Assembly (NCBI GenBank): GCA_947466005.1
Contig: CANIBV010000001.1
Location: 1-59,602 of the forward strand
Origin: Spartobacteria bacterium
GTDB taxonomy: Bacteria; Verrucomicrobiota; Verrucomicrobiia; Chthoniobacterales; UBA6821
Direction of reading: 5' to 3'
DNA length: 59,602 bases
The notes under the pieces: model-generated
The model's input: only the letters and a program-made list of their open reading frames with translations
Databases searched by the model: none
Told to the model about the DNA's origin: nothing
In this document: positions 52,585 to 59,602 of the stretch, in pieces
Layout: each line of letters begins with the position of its first letter
How positions within the stretch are numbered: the first letter of the stretch is position 1
Program-made: the position numbers and the translations under genes

Positions 52585-53813
52585 GGTGCGAGAGGGGTCT
52601 TTTGATTAGGATTCTGGACCGGTGGCTCCTGAAGAGGGATCGGATTGGCGTCCCGCATATTGCCCTTCATCTCAGGACGTGGAAGCGGGACTTCCTCACC
52701 CACAATCTCCTTGCGTGGGGGGCCGTCATAGTTAGCAAGGGCACTGGACTCGACTTGAGCCTGAAGTCGGCGGCGCTCCGCCAACCGCTCACCGGTTTCC
52801 GGACGCTCCTGCCCGGTTCGGAGGGCATCCTCCCCATAGAGGGCCTTGAGTTCGTCGAGTCGGGTTTTGGCTACGGTTGCATCCTCACTTTGAGGGAAGC
52901 GTCGGATCACATCGTTGTAGTAGATTGAGGAGGCCTTGAATTCCTTGTTGAAGTCATAGAAGCGGGCCACCCGCAGTGTATCGGCCGACTCCTTGGAGAC
53001 CATGCTCTTCATATTCAGACCAGCCTGGGGAACCTTTTCACTGTTAGGGTACTGAAGAAGGAAATCCTGATAGTTGTTCTGGGACTCCTTGAGCGCGGAG
53101 AGATCCTGGGATTTTCCGGTCATTCCAAGCCGCTGATAGACATAGCCGATCTGGTAGGAGGCGGTGGCACATGCGGAACTGTTGGGGTATTTATCCAGGA
53201 CTTTTTGATAGGCAGCGATGGCTTCTTGGGCCTTCCCTTGCTTCTCCTTGGCGAGTCCCAAGTTGAACTGCGTCACCGGCGCATGCTTGCTGTACGGAGA
53301 AACCTTAAGGATCGCCGCATACATCTCCTCCGACTTTTCCATGGAAGAGGCCAAGGGTATGCCGAGAAACTTCACCTTCATCCCCTTGAGGTAAGCATTG
53401 GCGATGTCGATCTGGTCGGCAACGGCCTCCTCGAAATTCTTTGTCTGCGGATACTTCTGAAGGAGCGTCTGGTACTCCTTGAAAGCCGCATCGAAACTAC
53501 CGCTCTGCTTGAGTTGTTTCGCGAGCCCAAACTGAGCCGCCGGCGCCTCGGCACTCTTTGGGGAACTACGGGCGATGTAGCGATAACTCTTGATGGCATT
53601 CTGCGCATCACCTGAATCAGCAAAGGCATCGGCTGCGGTCAACTGGTCAGCGGCTGTTGCTGAAGAGATCAGGCTGTTAGTGATCGATTGCGACTTCACA
53701 AGGCCCTCGGATTCGGCATGGAGTGAAAGGGGGACGCCCGCAAGAAGAACAATCGTCGACAGGCATTTCAAAAGCCTCTGCCGAAGTGGAAAATTGTGTC
53801 CTATGATTATCAT
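52581..53813 (-). CDS. bamD: TPR protein, BamD (YfiO)-like outer membrane assembly factor
   Basis: ORF track 410 aa. Signal peptide followed by serial TPR-like repeats (AIKSYRYIARSSPKS..., AFKEYQTLLQKYPQT..., AIAAYQKVLDKYPNS...). It has a 4-nt overlap with lptE. There is no lipobox. Confidence 0.55.
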   Translation of the reverse strand: MIIIGHNFPLRQRLLKCLSTIVLLAGVPLSLHAESEGLVKSQSITNSLISSATAADQLTAADAFADSGDAQNAIKSYRYIARSSPKSAEAPAAQFGLAKQLKQSGSFDAAFKEYQTLLQKYPQTKNFEEAVADQIDIANAYLKGMKVKFLGIPLASSMEKSEEMYAAILKVSPYSKHAPVTQFNLGLAKEKQGKAQEAIAAYQKVLDKYPNSSACATASYQIGYVYQRLGMTGKSQDLSALKESQNNYQDFLLQYPNSEKVPQAGLNMKSMVSKESADTLRVARFYDFNKEFKASSIYYNDVIRRFPQSEDATVAKTRLDELKALYGEDALRTGQERPETGERLAERRRLQAQVESSALANYDGPPRKEIVGEEVPLPRPEMKGNMRDANPIPLQEPPVQNPNQKTPLAP

Positions 53814-54041
53814 CCGAGTCTGAAACGCTAGGGAAAGAGACCCTCCAGCGTCAAGAAAGCGCTCATCATAGAGAGCGGCAGGGCTTCAGTGGGGTTACTC
53901 GGGCATCTTCCCCTGTCATCGGGCAGTTTTTTGTGTGACTGAAAAAATTAGGTGAATCGGAGGTGATCCAAAACAGGAACATTGAAAAAACAGCTTCTTT
54001 CCCGCAGTGGAAAACTCTGCTATTATATGATCCTAGATCGT

Positions 54042-54746
54042 ATGAAAACTTCCAAAAAAGCCAAAACCGCAACCACGAAGTCCAAGGCGTCCTCCGGAGT
54101 CAGTAAGGTGCGCCAGTCGATCCTCGATGCTTACATCGCCCAGCTTCAAAAGACTGGAAAGGCACATGTCTCAGTACACAGCCTTTGCCTCGATTTGAAG
54201 ATCCGCGAAAAGGAGTTCTACGGCGAATTCCCCTCTCTGAGTGCCGTGGAGAAGCACTTTTGGAAAGAGTGGATTGAAAGGATCATCGACGCGGTCTCCT
54301 CCGGGAAAGAATGGGGAGCCTTCAGTGCCAAGGAACAATACCTCGCCTTCCTCTTTGCTTTTGCAGGTGAGGCGCTGGAGCACCGTTCCCTGCTTGAGCA
54401 GCGCTTTGCAAAACTCACCCTCCTCTGCAGTCCGGACACCCTTGATGGCTTGAAGAGCTCATTCAAGGACTTTGCTGTTGGTATCATTGCACGCGGCATG
54501 GAGAGCGGTGAGATCGCCCATCGAGGCCCGTTGGGAAATGTCTACCCGGAAGTTCTCTACATCCATTGGCGAAGCGTACTGGAGTATTTTCTCAAGGACG
54601 AGAGCACGAGATTCGAGAGGACCGACGCCTTCATCGAGAAGACCGTGGAACTCGCCTTCGACCTCCTGCGCACACAGGCCGTTGATTCGGCTGCCGACCT
54701 CATCCGCTTCCTTCTTCCTCAGATCACCCGCTTCGGGAAACACTGA
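54042..54746 (+). CDS. TetR/AcrR-like transcriptional regulator (tentative)
   Basis: ORF track 53982..54746. ATG 54042 is preferred; alternatives are TTG 53982 and ATG 54027. N-terminal three-helix region (ILDAYIAQLQKTGKAHVSVHSLCLDLKIREKEFYGEFPS) and an all-helical remainder. Confidence 0.5.
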   Translation: MKTSKKAKTATTKSKASSGVSKVRQSILDAYIAQLQKTGKAHVSVHSLCLDLKIREKEFYGEFPSLSAVEKHFWKEWIERIIDAVSSGKEWGAFSAKEQYLAFLFAFAGEALEHRSLLEQRFAKLTLLCSPDTLDGLKSSFKDFAVGIIARGMESGEIAHRGPLGNVYPEVLYIHWRSVLEYFLKDESTRFERTDAFIEKTVELAFDLLRTQAVDSAADLIRFLLPQITRFGKH

Positions 54747-54748
54747 CA

Positions 54749-56149
54749 TTGAAAAAACAGAAATCCTCCTCCGTCGGCAATAGCGCTGAGGGAGGGGAAA
54801 AGCTCCTGAACAAGGGGGATAAAAGAATACCCCAGGATTCGATCAAGAGCACACCGATCAGCCGCATGGCGGCACTCGGCGGAACAGGGGCCAAGGTAGG
54901 CATCAACTACCTCAAGTATTACGGCAAGCGCGCCATGGCAGGGGGCGCCGCTTCATCGAAGGAAACACACGCCCTTGAGCGCGACGAGAAAAACGCCGGC
55001 GCGATCTACGATACCTTCAGCAAACTGAAAGGTGGCCCGCTGAAACTAGCGCAGATGCTCAGTATCGACAAAAATCTCCTTCCTCCCGCCTACGCACGGC
55101 AGTTCGTCCAGGCCCAGTACTCCGTCCCTCCCCTCTCCTATCCGCTGGTGGCGCGCACCTTCCGGCGGGATTTCGGCAAGGATCCACTCGATCTCTTCGA
55201 GACCTTTGGGCGCGAAGCCGCCCACGGGGCGTCAATCGGTCAGGTTCACAAGGCTTCCCTCAAGGGCAAGCAGTACGCCGTCAAAGTCCAGTATCCCGGC
55301 GTAGCCGATAGCCTGAAGAGCGACCTGCGCGTAGTGAAACCGATCGCCTTGCGCATCCTGGGCCTCCGTGAGCGCGATGTGGACCTGTACTTCCACGAGG
55401 TCGAGACACGCCTCCTCGAGGAGACGAACTACGAACTCGAACTGGAACGCTCCATTCATCTCTCCAAAGCCTCGGCTCATTTGCCGAATGTGGAGTTCCC
55501 CGAGTACCACCCGGAACTCTCCTCCCGTAATATCCTCACGATGAAATGGATCGACGGCATGCCGTTGGATCAGTTTGCCGATGGGGATGCTACTCAAGTG
55601 GAACGCGATAGCATCGGTCAGGCTCTCTGGGACTTTTATGCCCATCAGGTCCACGACCTGAACCTCTTCCATGCCGACCCCCACCCAGGCAACTTTCTCG
55701 TGAGCGGAAAGAATCTCTGCGTCCTTGATTTTGGCTGCACCAAGCAGATCACCCGTGAGTTTTACAGGAAGCAGTTCCGCTTCCTGGACCCCGCTATTCC
55801 CGATAATCCGGTGCTTCTGGAAGAGGCTCTTCGCGATCTCGACGTGATCATTCCTAGCGACAAGGAAAAAGAAATCACCCAGATCATGATGCTCTGCCGG
55901 ACTTGGCTGGACCTGCTTGCCCTCCCTTTTCGATCAGGCAACTTCGACTTCGGGGATCCTGTCTTCCTGAAATCAATCTACGACCTCGGCGACGAGAATA
56001 GGAAGGCCGACAACCTTCGCACCATGAAGGGGAAGCGTGGATCTCCCGACACCATCTACGTGAACCGCGCCTTCTTCGGCCTCTACAGCCTCCTCGGGAG
56101 GCTCAGGGCGAGAGTGAAGGTTTCCCTACCCGAGTGGCTCAACCAATAA
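54749..56149 (+). CDS. ABC1/UbiB-family atypical kinase
   Basis: ORF track 466 aa (TTG start; the true start may be further in). ASIGQVHKA, AVKVQYPGV and HADPHPGNF motifs. Confidence 0.85.
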   Translation: MKKQKSSSVGNSAEGGEKLLNKGDKRIPQDSIKSTPISRMAALGGTGAKVGINYLKYYGKRAMAGGAASSKETHALERDEKNAGAIYDTFSKLKGGPLKLAQMLSIDKNLLPPAYARQFVQAQYSVPPLSYPLVARTFRRDFGKDPLDLFETFGREAAHGASIGQVHKASLKGKQYAVKVQYPGVADSLKSDLRVVKPIALRILGLRERDVDLYFHEVETRLLEETNYELELERSIHLSKASAHLPNVEFPEYHPELSSRNILTMKWIDGMPLDQFADGDATQVERDSIGQALWDFYAHQVHDLNLFHADPHPGNFLVSGKNLCVLDFGCTKQITREFYRKQFRFLDPAIPDNPVLLEEALRDLDVIIPSDKEKEITQIMMLCRTWLDLLALPFRSGNFDFGDPVFLKSIYDLGDENRKADNLRTMKGKRGSPDTIYVNRAFFGLYSLLGRLRARVKVSLPEWLNQ

Positions 56150-56162
56150 AAAAGGGCGGGGC

Positions 56163-56192
56163 AAAAAAAACGCGGGGCTGGAGGGCCCCGCG
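56163..56192 (-). terminator. rho-independent terminator after the HdeD-like gene
   Basis: On the minus strand, a CGCGGGGC / GCCCCGCG stem (56171-56192) is followed by T8 (complement of A8 at 56163-56170). It lies 49 nt downstream of the stop at 56241. Confidence 0.75.
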
Positions 56193-56240
56193 CTTAGGTA
56201 GCGCTTCCGCACTTCCTGATTTTTTAAAAGGGTAATCTGC

Positions 56241-56795
56241 TTACTTCTTCTCTGCGGAAAGGCCGAGACCCAGCCATCCAACTCCCGCGAAGATGAGCTC
56301 GATACCAAGGAAAAGACCGAGCATGTAAAGACCCGTGCCTGGCCACTGGGAGATGATCAGTCCGCCCAAGATGACGGAGATAGCCGCGCTGAAGAGGACC
56401 CAACCGGCTCCCTTGTGATGACGCATCTTGAAGGCAAGGAAGGCACGAAAGATACCGCCGATCAGGATGGCCCAGCCGAGGAAGAGGGTGAAGGCGATGG
56501 CTGCCTTGAAGGGATGTGCAATAAAGACGTACCCGGCGACGCCATAGGCGATTGCGACAAGGGCATACCAAAGGTGGCTCTTCCATCCGCCGATCGTGAA
56601 GAGCTTGATGAGCTGAAAGGCACAGGCAAACATCAAAATAAAGCCGATGAAGGTGGCTATGGCAGCAGTCGCAACAAGTTGGTCACCAAGGGCAATGAAG
56701 CCGAGCAGGATCATGGCGATGCCGCCGGCAATCGCCCAACCGCGGGATACTGGTGGAAGTGGAATCTGAGGGATAGGGGAAGTCGTGTTGTCCAT
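56241..56795 (-). CDS. HdeD-family (DUF308) membrane protein
   Basis: ORF track 184 aa. Six hydrophobic segments with the repeated GxxxIxxG pattern typical of HdeD. Confidence 0.75.
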   Translation of the reverse strand: MDNTTSPIPQIPLPPVSRGWAIAGGIAMILLGFIALGDQLVATAAIATFIGFILMFACAFQLIKLFTIGGWKSHLWYALVAIAYGVAGYVFIAHPFKAAIAFTLFLGWAILIGGIFRAFLAFKMRHHKGAGWVLFSAAISVILGGLIISQWPGTGLYMLGLFLGIELIFAGVGWLGLGLSAEKK

Positions 56796-56905
56796 AGCAG
56801 GCCTTTATGGCCCCCCCCTCACCTGATGACAAGGTATAAAGGATAAACCGCGTTGTGCCCAAAAGCGTGCTTGGCGTGCCGCCCCAATGGATATTCCCCA
56901 GGTAG

Positions 56906-58066
56906 TCAGTGTGTTTTACTCCCCTTGGGCAGGCTTTTTCCGAGGGCGATAAGATGCCCTACCTGGGTCGCGCATTGTTCCAGCATGGCGGGGGCGCGGC
57001 GCCGAAGATCCTTATCGGGTACGGACTCTTCCAACGCAGAAAAAAAGGCCTCGATGCCGAGTGCCCTGACTTCCTCTGCTCCGGGTCCGAGTGAACCGCA
57101 GATCGCGATCACCGGGATACCCAGTTTCCCAGCGACAGCCGCCACGCCCGCCGGCGCCTTGCCGAAGGCGGTCTGCCCGTCCATACGCCCCTCGCCGGTG
57201 ATCACAAGATCGCATCCGGTGATCCTTTGCCCGAGCCCTATGGTGGACGTGACAAGCTCCGCACCGGGACGCATCAGGGCGTCCAGAAACGCAACCAGCC
57301 CGGCTCCAAGCCCCCCGGCGGCTCCTGCACCGGGCAACCGTGCGACATTGATCCCCAAATCCTTTCGGATCACGGCAGCCAACCTCTTCAGTCCCTCATC
57401 AAGATGTTTCACCATAGCCGGGGTGGCCCCCTTTTGGGGGCCGTAAACGACTGCGGCTCCGCGCTGACCGCAGAGTGGATTGCTGACATCGCAAGCAACG
57501 GAGACAGTTACCATTTCAATCCTCGGATCGCGCCCGGTGACATCGATCCTGGCCAACCTCGTCAGCGCCCCACCCCCTTCATCCAATTCGCGGTTATGGG
57601 AGTCATAAAACCTGACGCCTAACGCCCGGGCCATGCCCATCCCCCCGTCGTTGGTCGCGCTGCCTCCGATGCCGACGAGGATCTCCTTGACGCCCTGGTC
57701 AAGGGCAGCGCTGATCAGCTCACCGGTGCCACGCGTACTGGTAAACATGGGGTTGTATTCGCCGGGCTTAAGAAGGGTGAGACCGCTCGCCATCGCCATC
57801 TCGATCACCGCCTTGTGCCCATCGCCAGTGATTCCAAAGGCGGAGTTGATCCTGCGTCCGAGAGGATTGTGAACCCGACACCTGATCAAGCGCCCCCGGG
57901 TTGCCTCGACGATGGCCTGGACGGTTCCGTCACCGCCGTCGGCCATCGGAATCTTCAGCACCGACGCGCGGCGCAGTGCCTTCTTCAACCCGCGCCCGAT
58001 GCACTCGGCAGCCTCCGAGGCCGTCAGACTGCCTTTGAAAGCATTCGGAACGACGGCTATCTTCAT
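56906..58066 (-). CDS. glycerate kinase
   Basis: ORF track 386 aa. MKIAVVPNAFKGSLTA start, MADGGDGT, and the C-terminal ITGEGRMDGQT motif. Confidence 0.92.
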   Translation of the reverse strand: MKIAVVPNAFKGSLTASEAAECIGRGLKKALRRASVLKIPMADGGDGTVQAIVEATRGRLIRCRVHNPLGRRINSAFGITGDGHKAVIEMAMASGLTLLKPGEYNPMFTSTRGTGELISAALDQGVKEILVGIGGSATNDGGMGMARALGVRFYDSHNRELDEGGGALTRLARIDVTGRDPRIEMVTVSVACDVSNPLCGQRGAAVVYGPQKGATPAMVKHLDEGLKRLAAVIRKDLGINVARLPGAGAAGGLGAGLVAFLDALMRPGAELVTSTIGLGQRITGCDLVITGEGRMDGQTAFGKAPAGVAAVAGKLGIPVIAICGSLGPGAEEVRALGIEAFFSALEESVPDKDLRRRAPAMLEQCATQVGHLIALGKSLPKGSKTH

Positions 58067-58083
58067 GAATCCACCGGATCCAC

Positions 58084-59602
58084 CTAGTCTTTCGCTGCGC
58101 CTTTCTTCGCCCGCTCGAACCAGGAGAAGCAGACGGGAATAATGAAGATGGCGACGAGTGTCGATGCGAGCATGCCTCCGACAACGGTCGAGCCGAGCAC
58201 TCGGCGCGACACGGCACCAGAGCCTGTGGCAATGCAGAGCGGCACGCAGCCCAGGATAAAGGCAAAGGCGGTCATCAGGATCGGACGCAATCGGAGTTTG
58301 GCCGCATCGAGCGCCGCCTGGATCACAGGCTGACCACGCTCCACCTCCTCCTTGGCGAACTCCACGATCAGGATCGCATTCTTGGCGGCCAGACCGATCA
58401 GCATGATGAGACCGATCTGCGCGTAAACATCGTTATCCATGCTTCTCCCCCAGAGCGCGATGATGGCTCCGAAGACTGCGATCGGAGTACACAGGAGAAC
58501 GCTGAAAGGAAGCGACCAGCTTTCGTACTGCGCGGCCAGAATGAGGAAAACGAAGAGTAGCGACAGGGTAAAGATGGCCGTGGGCGGGATACCCTGAGAG
58601 GCAAGCTTCTCCTGAAATGACATTCCGAAGTAATCGAAGCCCATGCCGGGGGGCATGGTGGCCTTGAAGGTCTCCTCGAGGGCCTTCATCACCTGACCGG
58701 TGCTCACACCGGGAGCTCCGTTGATGTTGATCTGGGCGCAGTTGAACATGTTAAAGCGCATGGTGAATTCCGGCCCCTGCATCGGCTTCACCGTCAGGAG
58801 ACTTGAAAGCGGCACGGCATCCCCCTTGTTGTTTCGGACATAGAAGAGCGAGGCATTCTTGGGGTCGGTGCGGCTGGTACCCTCCGCCTGGATGTACGCG
58901 TAGTACTGGAGGTTGAACCTGTTGAAGTAGTTCACAGGCACGCCACCCAGGAAGCACTGGAGCGTCCGATAGGCCTCGCTCAGATCGACACCCAGCATCA
59001 TGCAGAGAGCCGGATCGATGACCATGGAAACCTGGGGAACGGATGGGAGGTACGTCGAGGTGACCGATCCGATCTCGGGGCGCTTCTTGATGGCAGCCAT
59101 GAAGAGACCGAAGTTCTTCTCGAGAAACTGCGGATCGATCCCTTCGCGATCCTCCAGAATGAAGGTGGTGCCTCCGGAGGTGCCGATGCCGGGAATGGCC
59201 GGCGGCGGGAAGCAGAAGTTGATGGCTCCGGGCACGGGAGCGATCTTTTTGTTGATGGACTGGAGCAGGCTGAAGGCGTCCTGACCGGGAGCCTTGCGCT
59301 CATCCCATGGCTTGAGGGTGATGAAGTAGAAGGCGCTGTAGGTTGTCTGGACCCCGCTCAGGAGGTTGAAGCCGACGATGGTCGTGACATGCTCGACTCC
59401 CGGCATCTGGCTGATGATGTCGGAGACCTGCCTGGAGACTTGGTCGGTGCGCTGCTGGGAGGAAGCATTCGGGAGTTGGGAGAAGGCGTAGAGGTAGCCG
59501 TTGTCCTCTTCGGGAACAAAGGAGGTCGGCAGCTTGGAGCCGAAGAGCCCGGAGAGGGCCACCATTCCAAGGAGCAGGAAGGCAGCCACGAAGCTCTTGC
59601 GA
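58084..59602 (-). CDS. RND efflux permease (AcrB/HAE1-like), C-terminal half; N-terminus beyond right window edge
   Basis: ORF track 58084..59589 starts at an internal GTG, and the frame stays open to the window end. The sequence aligns by eye with AcrB from about TM7 onward (SFVPEEDNGY..., YESWSLPFSVLL, AKNAILIVEFAKE, RLRPILMTAFAFILG). Confidence 0.93.
   Translation of the reverse strand, partial: RKSFVAAFLLLGMVALSGLFGSKLPTSFVPEEDNGYLYAFSQLPNASSQQRTDQVSRQVSDIISQMPGVEHVTTIVGFNLLSGVQTTYSAFYFITLKPWDERKAPGQDAFSLLQSINKKIAPVPGAINFCFPPPAIPGIGTSGGTTFILEDREGIDPQFLEKNFGLFMAAIKKRPEIGSVTSTYLPSVPQVSMVIDPALCMMLGVDLSEAYRTLQCFLGGVPVNYFNRFNLQYYAYIQAEGTSRTDPKNASLFYVRNNKGDAVPLSSLLTVKPMQGPEFTMRFNMFNCAQININGAPGVSTGQVMKALEETFKATMPPGMGFDYFGMSFQEKLASQGIPPTAIFTLSLLFVFLILAAQYESWSLPFSVLLCTPIAVFGAIIALWGRSMDNDVYAQIGLIMLIGLAAKNAILIVEFAKEEVERGQPVIQAALDAAKLRLRPILMTAFAFILGCVPLCIATGSGAVSRRVLGSTVVGGMLASTLVAIFIIPVCFSWFERAKKGAAKD

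Overview
This window reads as a chromosomal, mostly housekeeping segment of a diderm bacterium. Mla, LptE, BamD-like and RND genes are present, and the GC content looks moderately high by eye. I call about 60 protein genes and one tRNA. I see no rRNA, CRISPR array, transposase or integrase.

Gene content, left to right:
- C-terminally truncated CheA-type kinase, then an SPFH protein
- head-to-head pair of papain-fold enzymes
- MFS transporter, bioA
- small RHH protein plus an unknown protein, then tRNA-Cys(GCA)
- mlaEFDC
- cysE / cysteine desulfurase / SprT-like operon
- rplM-rpsI, uppP
- two paralogous lipoproteins, a SYLF protein and a Cys-less thioredoxin-fold protein
- frr-pyrH, fmt, adk
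- two tandem GspE/PilB ATPases
- orphan three-gene operon (HTH, BatD-like, small secreted protein)
- mntR/mntH, an RNA methyltransferase
- yqjD/E/K-like genes running into two PilT ATPases and coaX
- dnaE
- gpmA-pepF-PAS kinase-bcp
- nnr, ispH, an L,D-transpeptidase, a LysM protein, accA
- bamD-lptE-rsmI
- TetR-like regulator plus ABC1 kinase, an HdeD-like protein, glycerate kinase
- N-terminally truncated RND pump

Hunt result: I do not see a convincing self-contained novel multi-gene system. There is no defence-, toxin- or biosynthetic-cluster-like module.

The most unusual directly visible signal is a pair of related intergenic elements bracketing nnr. Each is built from tandem GCGCAGAG octamers facing inverted CTCTGCGC octamers across an AT-rich spacer.

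Secondary leads:
- tight translational coupling of pepF, a PAS sensor kinase and bcp
- tandem PilB-like ATPases with no platform, pilin or secretin genes nearby
- PilT pair packed into an operon with yqjDEK-like genes
- LysM protein whose YkuD-like domain appears to have lost both catalytic residues
- 5'-overlapping divergent pair of papain-fold enzymes
- orphan HTH / BatD-like / secreted-protein operon

All product calls rest on my own reading of motifs in the translations and on gene context. No database search was run, and the taxon cannot be assigned from the sequence alone.
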